A stretch of DNA of 64,000 nucleotides from Cirrosporium novae-zelandiae. Lineage: Eukaryota. Shown here in pieces: positions 1 to 11,653 of this stretch; position 1 is the stretch's first letter; the number at the start of each line of letters is the position of its first letter. The DNA lies in the NCBI GenBank assembly GCA_026023565.1, contig JAPETS010000009.1, positions 248,001 through 312,000 of the forward strand. Direction: 5' to 3'. The notes beneath the pieces were generated by a model, which was given only the letters and a program-made list of their open reading frames with translations, made no database searches and was not told where the DNA came from. The position numbers and the translations under genes are program-made.

Positions 1-3
1 CAA

Positions 4-330
4 GTGATCCAGCCAGCTTCAAATTCTAACTTGGTCGTACTTCCAGAAGAGAATGTCGGAGGCGGCGACGTTACAGCTGGACTAGGCCCGCTAATCTCCA
101 GCTTACAAGATCTCTGGGTCTTGGCAAGGGTACTGCCACAGTCTAGAGATGGCGAAGCTAACAGTCCCCCTTACGACGAATCTATCTCATTCTTTGAACC
201 TGGAGGCGATTCCATCTCCGCCATGCAACTCTCGGTCCTTTTTAAGCAGGATGGTATCTCTGTAGACGTGCAGGACATTTGATCATCCAATGCAGAGATT
301 ACAAGCAGCATATCTTCTTAGCCAAGATGG
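4..330 (+). pseudogene. NRPS thiolation (PCP/PP-binding) domain relic, frameshifted, cut by the window edge
   Basis: Reads FFEPGGDSISAMQL...VQDI (GGDS at 202-213). After GAC ATT T, a shifted frame gives GAT CAT CCA (DHP), i.e. the canonical QDIFDHP with 2 nt missing. A stop follows shortly. Confidence 0.7.
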
Positions 331-3300
331 TTCTGAGGGAAAGCTTAGGCTTCTGAGGCAAATGGAGCCTCACTTTCGAAGCTAGGCTAATATAGATTTC
401 CATTGATGTCCAAGTGTTAATACCGCTCATGTATCTAAGCTTTTTGGCACTAATAAAGGGCAGATGAACATAGGGGGGAAAATGCTGAGGAAATAGCCGG
501 AAGTGTATTTGTTTCATCATTTTCATGTTATTTTCATCTTTATTTTCTGACGATGTACGGTTTTTAACAAAAAAAAAACTACATTGCTTCTTCTTTTTTA
601 AGGCTTGTCTCAAGATATATGATTTTATTACTGAAGATTTTATTTAGCTCATTAACTAATCAATCAATCCTAGGATGGGATATAAGTTGAGATGTGGTGG
701 GGAGCCGGGGAGGGGAAGCCTTTTCCTTCTCCTTCTCCCTCTTTCGTAGTGCTATAGTAGGGTAGATTACATCAAGTAAAAAGTAGATGATGAATTAAGT
801 CCATAAAAATAACCCCGCTTAAATAATACAATACCCCTCGCAGAACTCTCTAAGTAGAAACGCTTCACACAAACAATAAACCGCTAAGCGCGGGTTGTGC
901 CATGCTAATTCATAATAACACTTGGCAAATATTAAACATATCAAGAGATAGTCTATATAATTATGAATATAATAGCTAAAGAAAGAGAAAAAAGAAAAAA
1001 AAAGAAAAAGAGGAATAGAAACGAAGGGAACCAACCAACCAACCCATAACTGAAATTTCGAATCCATCTGTATCTATTTAATTTATTATCTAACTAAACT
1101 TTTATTTTTTGAAAACTAGAATCCGATTTAACTTACTAATTCAATAATAAAAACGGGCTTACTTTTTTTTCTTTTTCTTCGTCTTCTTCTTTTTTACTAC
1201 TCCTACTACTACTACTGTAAATATAAAGGAAATTATATATACTATAGTAGGGGTTGATGCCCGTATGTATACTCACTCAGTAGAAAGGTATAAGCTTGCT
1301 GCTGCTGTTCGTAACATGTTGGGAGGTTGATTGATAAGGCAATAACAACAGCAAAGGAACGATTGTGAAATTTTTTTGTTTTTTGCTATTTATTTTTTCT
1401 AGAGGAAAAAAAATCTATCTATCTCGTAAATAGGATTTGCAAGTGATTTCTTTCTGTTGCCGTTGCTGCTCTTTAGATTAAAGTGTTAGAATGGGTTCCT
1501 TTATTCCTTTGCTCCTTTACATATTTATATATTTATATGGGGAGGCTCTCTAACCCTTTTTCCTTTTCTTCCAACAAAATGCAAAATATAATTTACGAGG
1601 TTCTACTCTTCCATTCACACTACAATCTGTGAGATATAAGTTGTATGTATATAATTAGAGGGTGTATCTACTATAAAAAAAGGGGGAGCTGTGATGGTTT
1701 GTTAATCCTAGATAAAACAACTACTCCTTCTCCCCTCTCCCCCCCCAGGGAATGAATTATCCCAACATCTTTGTGTACTATGCTGTACAGCTGAAAACGT
1801 CAAGACTATTTAAATTGATCTACTGGTAAAAGACACGATGGCTTGAAAGAGTCCTTCATTCAAGTCTGGACTTGGATTTTAGGGAGCTGTTTTTAGAGTG
1901 TTGGGATGGAATTAATAGGTTGGTTGGGGTATGTATCATGCAGTATTGTGTGTTAGTGGCGGTGGGGGATACACCACTATAATCCAAATCCAAGCAGTGA
2001 GCGCGTGAGTGAAATTATAAATGATCGGTACGGTTTTGAAGAAAGAGCGTATCTGTATCTGCATCTGCATCTGCGTCTGCGACAATGGTGATGAGGGTGC
2101 CATTTAGAACTCCTTTGTATAATTGTAAAAGGGGAGCACACGGATGGCGTTAGTATCGGTATCGGTATCGTTATGATTATGGTTATAAGAGAAATTATAC
2201 TTGCAATTATGGAGTTTTCTAGACTCGTGCAGCTTTATTTTGTTTTTCGCCAAAAGGGGTTGTTTGCTTAAGATTCTAATTGCTTGGTTAGTTACTTGGT
2301 CGTAGGAAATGTAAGTAGCTAAATGCGAAGGAATATAATGATGGAAGCATTTGTTTGATGCTCGTTCCAGCTAGGAGAGACAAGAGGTTGGAAGATATAA
2401 TCTGACGAGGGAGACCTACCTTATGCACGTTTGAGGCGCGTGGATTCTTATGTATGTAGATGGATGGAGAACGAGAAGGCTTAATCGGCAAAGGATCTAG
2501 ATTATTTAAGCTCGCTGTATGAGTAGGTGGAGGTTTTGTCGTTTGTCCTGATTCTAGCTGGCTGCCGTGGTTAGGGAGGGTTCGTGATTTGAGTATGCTG
2601 AATGTGAAGGGGGTGGCTGTCCCTATGTAGAGAGGAAAATAGAGGTGACAGTAATGTGATTGTGGTGGCCGCTTGGAAGACGATTTCGACGCTGGTGGTC
2701 ATAGGGACTCCTTTGGCTACCCTCTTGAATTCTTGAACAGACATCCCTCTAGCATCAGCAACTCTGGATTACAAGTTAAGAACCTCGTCCTTTTCGGGCC
2801 GAATATCTGGGACGTGAATATGTATAGTTCCTTACTTGGTGAGTCTTGGGGATATCCTATCCTCCTATCCCCACCAGCGCTTACACTCCCTCCATGTAGC
2901 TATCTAGCCCACCGCTTGCTACAAGACGGCTAGCGACAGGGGAGGGGGCGGGGGCAAAGGTGATTGCATTTTTTTTATTTATCTTCGACGTCTCCTATGA
3001 CCGTATTGATTGCTTCAGGTTGAAAGCTTCCAACACCGATCCCACCACTGGATGGTCGCAGACTTAACTTTCATTGTAATATAGCTCAAACGCCCAAGTC
3101 AGTCAGTCACCCACCGGTAACAGTGATAGACAGTGGTTTTTGCTTGATTTACACCTGTCACCACCTACCTACCTTATAATTTTTATTTCCAGCCAACCAA
3201 TACGTAGTGTGAGTATTGATGGCAAGATACAATACCCGCAGTAACCCTTTGAACTTTCGACCGATCGGAGAATGGAAGTCGGCAGCGGTTCACCCGCCGA

Positions 3301-5896
3301 ACCTGAACCCGACCCCGAACGGAGTATCCGAAATACCAAATTAGGGGGCCATCCCCACCATCACCGCTGCTCTGCCCTGTGCTGTATTGATGGAAGTACC
3401 ACTACGGTTGCCAAGCTCTTAGAAGGTGGGGAGATTGTCACAGTAGTGGTAGTCTTGGCTATACTCATTTGCCGTGTGGTAGTATATCATGGCATCGGAC
3501 TGTGTCTCGTTGGGGGGTTTTCGGAGTACTATGCTGTACTGCTGTAGGGACTACTTGAAGATTTCGTGATTGCTGTGACCTTCTCGTGAAACATGGACCT
3601 GCTATCGTGCTCCAGTAGAGTGGAAGTGTATTTCACTCCAGATGAGGTGAATAAGTCACTTACACCACCGTGATAATGTCGATAGTGTGTGGTGATAGGT
3701 TAATTTTGCGCCTCCTTTTGTTATTGTTAGACCGTTGTTTGTGTAGACGGTAGACCGAACTTACTAGTCCGCATTGTTACGTTTGTGGAGAAGTATTCAC
3801 TTTAGGTAGCAATGATGGTGGTGGTGGTAAGTAGAGATGAGAAAGAAAAGGAATAGCTGAAGCTTATTTTTCCGTCAAAAAGACCATACACTGATTAAGA
3901 GAGAACTGTTTTTTGTTTCGAATGAGAGATTTTTGATTGTTTCTACTTTTAATATTGATTAGTTGAATACCGTATTCAAGTACAGCGTTGGTAGGCTTTG
4001 CTTTCGTGGTGATTACAAAATAAATGTCAGTGTCATTTCTCACTGAATTGTCTTGCTGGGATTTTAGTTGTAGGGAGGAAATAGTGTGTATATAAAAGCT
4101 TAGTTAGAAATAGCTCTTGAGTCCTGACGGCATTCATGATGGTTAACTATAAGGGCCTTGGTGTTCTAGTCACGCCTCCAGAGAATCTGTATTTCGCCGA
4201 CGAAACAAGAACACTAAATTTCATATTAGGCTGCCATGCCGTCAACAGTTGCCTCTATGAATATATATATCCTCTTTTAGCGTCACGGGGCTTGCCATGT
4301 CTAGCCTTAGCTAGTCAAGCTCCTCTAATCATACCAAGCCTTTTAAGAAAACACTGGAAAAAGGTTACTGAAAAGCCAGTAGTAGGATGGCGCAGGTACA
4401 GCTCAGGGACAGAAAATGGTAATGCAGGGCGGTGCTAGGACCTAAAAGGATCATGAACTGTTTAGGAGGTAGTGGCATGTTCATCAGGTTTAAGTGACCA
4501 GTTACCAGATACGGAATCTGCAGGCTTTGGTGGCGCCAGTAAGGTTAAGATTAGACAATATCTCCTAGAGCACGTCAAAGGTTTCCTGGTTGGGTGTAGC
4601 CTGAGCTAATGATTGATAGACTTTGACAAAAGAGATGGGGTTCAATCATTTGGGTCCAAAACGATCAAGAAGATCCCAACAAGGGTTTTTTCTTAATGTA
4701 ACCTTCCGCTTTTCCAACTATTTCTGTCTCAGGTACACCTTGCAATACGAACCTGGTGGGAATATTGTGAATAATAGAACTTAATTTCTTGCTCATTCGT
4801 CTCTTCTCTTTGGCTGATTTGGGTTATTGTTGTTGTTGATGGAGGAAACTCGGGTGTGTAACGGCCTGTATAGTACCCGGTGGTCAGGTTAAGACGGTTT
4901 CAAGGCTTGATGAAATGACCAAATCTTATCGGTGATAGTCCCATGCACCTCTAAACCTTTTTCACATCAAGCTATGGTTGCATCAATCTTATTGTTGATG
5001 CTTCAATTTTATTTTCAGGGCGTTGGTGTCATTGATGATAACATTTTGACCGTTGACCTAAATTAGTTGGTGCGGATGGTAAGTTCCGGTCTCGACTCGG
5101 TTGTCGGAGCTCGGATCGGGAATGAAAAGGGCCGAATAGCCAGTCGGTGCCGGCCTTGAGAGTTGAAGAAATGCAATTGAATCTAACCCCAGGAACCCCT
5201 CGACTTGCTTAAGCTTGTCTTTATTCCTTATTGGTTGTAATCTGTACCTGGATATCGTGGGGTTGGTATCCATGACTAGTTTCCACCACGCCAAGCCCGA
5301 GCTTTGGCCGGTCCACGAGACATGCATTTACCGTCTATTTAGGCATCACCCATTCATACCATTTTTATTTGTCATACCAAGAAGTAGAAAGAGACTTTTT
5401 ATTCGTGGAAAGTCCTTTGCCGTTGACCTCCATTGTTTTGGTGAGGCTGATGATGACGGTGACAAGCATCATTGAATCGCTGTGTTGATCATTGCTTAAC
5501 TTCCATGGATGCTGGTTCTAGAAACGTTGATTTACCGTTACCCCTGGCGGGAAGAACAGAAGCTGCTCGTCCTAAACTTTATATGTCTTGGAAAGTCTAA
5601 ACTGAATAAAACCTAGTAAAGCTATATTATATTAAAGTAAAATTGTTCTTTCGGATTTCTGTAGTTGACTTTAATAACTTTACATTGAAATCTACTGCAC
5701 TCATTTCCCTAGTTTTAGAGTTGAAATTAACTATGTAGCCAGGCGAGCCACGTGCGTATTGAATTATTTGACTAGGTACCACACAAAACTATATAATCTT
5801 CACTAAATATCACGCCAGCTCCTCAGTTGACATGGGAGAATTGAAAAGCTTGAGCATAGTAGAATAAAAGATGCAGCCTAGATGTTAAGATCTTCT

Positions 5897-6464
5897 CTAG
5901 TTGGCCAGGGAGTCTGACGCTCCGGCTAGGCGACAGTAATAATGGAACTGTAAAAGGTCAGCGCACTTGATAACATGATATTGTAAAAAGTATGTTGGAT
6001 ATACCTCGTCACCACCAATGTGCTTGGCATCAGACTGGCACCATGGAATGTCGCCAGAAGTGACCTGTATTTCATCATTAGCTAAAATAATCACACAGGA
6101 AGAAAACCATCTATGTAGTACATACCATACGGCAGTCGGGGCATGTATCCCACCACTTGCTACCAGTGTGACGGTTGCGGTAATAAGTACAGGCCGTGTT
6201 GGTAATGGCCTCCTCGTACACATTCTATAATGAGAATTCAGTTAGATACCAGGCCTATAAGTTAGAGAATAGAGAAGTTGCATGGCATACATTTTTGCCC
6301 GATTTCGTGATACAGACGGCCGAGTGGTGGAGATCAGCAAAGACACTAGAAAATTGGTTTTAGCATGTCCTCAACAAGTTTGAGAGGAGCGTCTGAGATG
6401 TGGAGCAAGGAACATACCCTGCAGCCATGCTGGCCAGCAAAATAGCGATAGCAGAGAACTTCAT
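5897..6464 (-). CDS. Small secreted cysteine-rich protein, 103 aa, 5 exons
   Basis: Manual splicing: exons 6464-6418, 6345-6291, 6224-6126, 6064-6005, 5947-5897, all GT-AG and in phase. Product MKFSAIAILLASMAAGVFADLHHSAVCITKSGKNNVYEEAITNTACTYYRNRHTGSKWWDTCPDCRMVTSGDIPWCQSDAKHIGGDEFHYYCRLAGASDSLAN, with a signal peptide and 6 Cys. TATA-like element near 6584-6591. Confidence 0.9.
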
Positions 6465-7514
6465 GGTGAAAGAATTTGCTGGTATTTGAGACAACGGGAA
6501 CGATTGGTGGTCAATAATATTATAATGCGTATGAGCAGATCAGGAAGGACAGTGCAATTGAAATGGTGCGAGGATCACTAGGGTATATATACAAAGACTC
6601 ATCCATTTATGGCATTGATAGACCATCTCTTCTAGACATCTAGTTTTTCTTTCCAGTGGTCTGAGTTTATTGGATTATTGCAATTTTTCCGAGTCTACTG
6701 AGAAGAAACACTTTGGTATTTGCCAGGGCATATTCCGAGAAAAGACATTGGTGACCGTTGAGAAAACCGTGAACTCACGTTATGAAAAAGGAAATTAAAG
6801 AATGATCAAAAGTCGGATCATACAGTTCGTGTTGAATTATACAGACGTGTGAGGTTTATTCAATGCCAAGGAATTAACTGCCTCAGACTTCAGTTCTGTC
6901 CCCAGTACTGCCCCAGTCCAAGCTGGATAGCATCAGGTAGTATCAAGCTCATTCCAACCCTCCAATAAGCTTAAACCTTGTTAACCGTATTTGTCTAAAT
7001 AGACTCAACACCATCGGTTTTGTCGTGCAGTAGCCTAGCCGAACTTCATTTCTCCAACTTCTTTTTTCCCCCTGGTCTTCTTCCATCTCCCTTGGACTGA
7101 AGCCTCAATATGGTCACTGCTCTTTCGTGTTCGGTTTCCATCAAATTTCCATCACAGACTTATTTCCTCATTCATTCTAAATAATGTTGAAGAATCCTCA
7201 AAACAACATGCCAAGGACCTCACACCTATGCACGTGGGCTATGCTGGACACTTGAAGCTCGTAAATTCTAACGTTATTCTCATTTACCATTGTAAGTTGT
7301 CAGGCGACGAGGACATCTAGTCGCAGTGTCAAGTCATGATCACCAGAGACCCAACCCCCCCTGGGGAGAGAATGGATGGAGAGGACCACGATCCAACAAG
7401 TATAAAGAGCTTCCTGTCTCCTACATCTGTGACTTCTATCTCCATCCAACCATCACATTCCTTATTTGCAATTGGTTTTTGTCTTTTGATCCACCGCGCA
7501 TACAATCTTTTGCA

Positions 7515-8285
7515 ATGCATTCCATCAGCATCTTTTCCTTGCTCCTGGCAGCCGGGATGCTCGTGAGCGCTCGTCCGAGCGCACCCGGCCCCATCCTCCG
7601 TCGTGAGTTGAGCGAGGACGACATCATCCTCTTCAGCAACGATGGACGCGTCGAAGTGATGGCCAAGGAAGCCTATTTCGCCGAGCTTTCAGCCTCCAAC
7701 GTGACTGTCGGACCCCCCGATGGCGAGCAAACCGTCCCCACCGAGGTAGATGGTGATTCTGAAGAAGCCGCCTCGACCAACGAAACCCTCTCCCGTCGCT
7801 GTTCGTCCTACAAAATCTTCAAGAACAATGCAGTGTCCAATTTCCTCAACTGGGACGTGCCCATGTCCTCGGTTGTGCACGCCACCGGCGGCACCAACAC
7901 CATCGCCGTGACCGCCGGCTACCAAATCTCCAACAGTCTTGGCGTTTCCGAGTCCGCCGACTTCACCATCGTCAAGGATTACCTCTCGGCTTCGTACGGC
8001 ATTACATACACCCAGACATGGACCTCCACCTATGCTGCCGCCTACACCTTCACCATCCCATCCGGAAAATACGGGGCCGTCGTCAGCAACCCCAAGACAG
8101 TTCGACATAGCGGTTCAGTCAGCGTCGGATGCGTCGGCTCGTGGTCCCGGAAGAGCACTTTCCAGGGCGACTCCTACTCCAGCAAGGCCTACGGCGGACT
8201 CAGCTGGGTCGACGGCACCATCAGCCTCTGCACCGGCAACTCCTACCCTCTCCCCCGTTGCATCGGCTCCGGAACTATCAGCTAA
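7515..8285 (+). CDS. Secreted protein (256 aa) with propeptide, resembling the fungal 'CELP0028 effector-like' family
   Basis: ATG 7515 begins a signal peptide MHSISIFSLLLAAGMLVSA. Dibasic sites ILRR and LSRR; motifs DDIILFSNDGRVEVM and NWDVPMS; 4 Cys in the mature part; strongly C-ending codons; TATAAA near 7401. Family name is from recall. Confidence 0.85.
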   Translation: MHSISIFSLLLAAGMLVSARPSAPGPILRRELSEDDIILFSNDGRVEVMAKEAYFAELSASNVTVGPPDGEQTVPTEVDGDSEEAASTNETLSRRCSSYKIFKNNAVSNFLNWDVPMSSVVHATGGTNTIAVTAGYQISNSLGVSESADFTIVKDYLSASYGITYTQTWTSTYAAAYTFTIPSGKYGAVVSNPKTVRHSGSVSVGCVGSWSRKSTFQGDSYSSKAYGGLSWVDGTISLCTGNSYPLPRCIGSGTIS

Positions 8286-9098
8286 ATCGGCTAAGCTAGC
8301 TCGATTAACTATTGATTGAAGCGTCTTTCTTGAGTCCCGCGAACGAACGGACGCTTACTTACTCTATTCACTTGTTTAATCTCTGGAGTGATTCGATTCT
8401 CCTTTCTCCTTATGCACAGTCTTGCTTCAAATGCCTTGGCTTTTTTTTCCTATTATACATATTTTTATTGTTTATTGTACTTCAAAAAAAAAGGAGCCAA
8501 TCAGTACTGTACATACAAAGCTAGCTAGCATAACTCACTCTCTCGCATGTCATTAGGGCATCGTCAGACTTCAAGCCGAGGGGACTCTCTTGTCCCCTTT
8601 ATAAATATAATTTTTCTTGTCTCTGGCATCTGAATCCGTTGAGCTGTAGTCTCGAAAATACAATTAACTCATTAGAATAAATATTAAACAGATCACAATT
8701 CTTACCTTTCTTCCGAATCTTTTCGCACTTTGAATTCCAAATCTATTAATCTCTCAATATCCCACATCTCCACCCTCCCCCCCACAGCGCAGTCCGTCCC
8801 CTTACGGTACCCCACTTAAATTCACAATTCCAACAATATTTATCCTACTCCTCATTTAGCCTCTAAATAGTATCTATACTCGAAACCTAGAGCACAAAAA
8901 CCCCCTAACTCTATCACTATCACAATTGACCTAACTACGATACCAATCCATTACTAACAACTGGTACATCAATGTCACTAACACTAATGTTAAATACCAA
9001 TATCAAAAAACCCCTAAGCATCATTATCTATGGATAGTTAACTGCTTAGTAAGTAAATTTAGAGGGCGAGAAGAAGGTGACGTGAAGGATTGATTAGT

Positions 9099-9118
9099 TG
9101 TGTGTGTGTGTGTGTGTG
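9099..9118. repeat. (TG)10 microsatellite
   Basis: Read directly. Confidence 0.95.
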
Positions 9119-9320
9119 CAATGATTTTATTGTCTGTATATTCCGTTTATGTTAAGGATTAAGCTAAATATCATTTTCTTATAGTGTAGGTATAAGATGG
9201 CCGCGAGTGTACACTATGGTCCATGTGAGGGTACGTAAGGACAGTAGTGTAGTGTACACTGCAGTAGTAGTGGTAAAATCTTAACACTACCTGATTTGCG
9301 GCCACGCTATTTGTAAAATG

Positions 9321-10290
9321 TCAAGCAGCGGACAGCCGCATCTTTTTCATAGGTGGTTCATCACCCTCAAACTGCCAACATGGGTGCTCGAGTGCATCCT
9401 GGACCCTAATTCGCTGGTCCTGGTTTCCCTCCGCCCATTGATGCCTTAGCATCTGGATAATAAGTTCGCTGACTGTTATAGAAGGTTTGTTTGTAAGTAA
9501 GCATCTTAAACCTGTCAAGAGGCAGGTATACACTTACTCTGTGATGTCCTCTTAGCTTTGCTGCGACGTATTCTATCTATGGACTCACGGTACATGGCGT
9601 GAAATGTGGGCCTCAAGCTTTCGGAATCGGCCCCCGACCGCCATGGATTTATAAAAAATTTCCAGGGGTGATTTCCGCATGCTAATTCGTAGCCGATGAT
9701 GCCCATAGCCCAAACGTCAACCAAACAGTTATAACCTTGCATTTCACGCTCTGGTGCGAGGTACCATAGTGTGCCGCCATGACCTGGTGTCGGAGGGACT
9801 AAGGTCCCAGAGTGCAATTGCATTGCGCCTCCGATATCCAGTAGAATGGCCCGAGCTCCATTGATTCCGATATTGCCGGGTTTTAGATCTCCGTGAATCC
9901 ACCCGTGAGAGTGAAGGAAATGGACCCCTTGTAAGGCATCGTGGAATAACTTCATGGCTTCCGAGCTTATTCCTGAGAAGGATCTACTAGATCTTAGTGT
10001 ATATGTGTATACGATGTATAGGGACGAACTTATCGGCGAAGCTGAATATTCTGAATAAGTTGATTCGTTCCTATGTCTATAAGCTGGTCAAAGGTGCCTT
10101 TTACTAGAGGTTGAAGAACGAGGGCGACGTCTTCGAAACAGGTGGAAGTGTATTCCACCTTTCCATTCTGGTAAATTATATCCTTCAAAGATAGTAGTCG
10201 GCCCTCGTCATCCTCAGTTTCGGCTAACCTTCTTAGGTCTTTAAGAACCTGGATTTCTTTCTGCACATCAATAGCTGTCTTCCACAGGCT
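9321..10290 (-). pseudogene. Ser/Thr protein kinase, probably a pseudogene (N-lobe eroded, broken splice donor)
   Basis: KEIQVL (helix C), IHGDLKPGN, LLDIG (DFG equivalent), GTLWYLAPE, DVWAMG, and a last exon with RIRVQDALEHP. Stop at 10030-10032 overlaps a donor-like ATAAGT. No Gly-loop or VAIK seen upstream. Confidence 0.7.
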
Positions 10291-10759
10291 TCACGTACAT
10301 ATGCTGACGACATATCGGTACCTGGCCCTGACGAATACTATCATAAGCGTTACTGAAAGCCAATTTCGCAGCAGGTTGTCTGGCCTCAAGATGGCAAATA
10401 CACACTGGGATGGTGGGGATGGTGGGGATGGCCCTAGCGTCCGCCTTTAACCTTAAATACAAAGATCTTCGAATGTAAGCTAAACCTAATTTGATAAAGT
10501 CATGCTGCGGGGTAACTTGTTCCTTGCAGGCAGCAATCTCATCTTCCCTACTTGAGTACTTTGCATCAATTGGTTAAATGTATATTTTCACGTCATTACT
10601 GCCGCCTGCTCAAAAGTCACGTGAAATGTGACTTAGTAATGCTCTCGGACTAAGCCCTTCGCGTCCCAAAACACATAGTCCAACAACCTAACCCTCTCAG
10701 TCTCTATTCAACTTTTCGCATTTCCTTGTGTGTTATCCACTGCAGCACAGCTGTCAATC

Positions 10760-11653
10760 ATGCGATGGATTGATGCTGCCGCCGTTGTTGATGAGTGGCG
10801 ATTTGGCGTACTATCCCTCATTCCTCTGCTCTCTTCTTGCTGTTCATACGTAGTGCTGACAATTGCCCTCTATTACATCTAGCCTCGTCCTGATGTTGTT
10901 TCCACCCAAGGCCTCCACCTCGTTCCTCACCCGGACACTCCAGTGATAGACTGGGTGCCTGGTCCCGACTTTGAGGAGAAGCTACAAAAGAAGTTGGATC
11001 TTCTCCTCTTCGTACAAGATATACGCTGTTACAAGTATGGGGAGCAAGATGCCGAGGAGTGGCCCATCGGCCATACTCCACCGGAACTCCAACAACGATA
11101 TGATGATCGACAGGCTCGAGCTATGGACCTTTTGGAGGCTCCTACTCCTCTCACCCCTGAAGATAGCTCCAATGACAATCTGATTGCTCTTGCTAAACCG
11201 AGCCACCTCATGCCAGATAACAGCCCGCAACTCACTGCTTATGATATACATGACTTGGTCCTCAAACAAAGATCACAAGTCCCATACACACCACCCTCAT
11301 CATCGGAAGGGCAACCCTCACAGCGTCATCTCCCCTATTTACGGCAAAACTCTGAAAACAGCCCACACGTCCGCAATCTAGATAAGAATGATCAGTCGGA
11401 GTCACTTGGAGACCGACAAAATATTTCTCTTCTTGGTGTAACGTCCTCACCAAATCGCAACGGCAAGTTACTGGGTGTTACAAAACAGCCTAAAAAGCGG
11501 CGGTATTCTAAGGTTGACGGTGAAACGGAACGAGTGGATTTCATGGGGCACCCAACAGGTGCGGTAATGGATTTAAAGCCAGTCCTTTATAACGATTCAC
11601 CTATCCGAAAAATCAAGAAAACAAAAACCTTGATTACGGATCCAACAGATTAG
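10760..11653 (+). CDS. Hypothetical protein (2 exons), divergent from the kinase
   Basis: Exon 1 10760-10807 (MRWIDAAAVVDEWRFG), GT..CTGAC..TAG intron, exon 2 from 10883 in frame with the 236-aa ORF. Basic NLS-like PKKRR; low-complexity C-terminus. Confidence 0.6.

Noticed and set aside
5058..5327. ORF with a weak resemblance to a HET-domain C-terminal motif
   Set aside because: Spacing and flanking motifs do not fit; cannot be supported.
7326..7514. N-terminal extension of the 319-aa ORF
   Set aside because: Non-ATG start that spans the TATA box; the signal peptide begins at ATG 7515.
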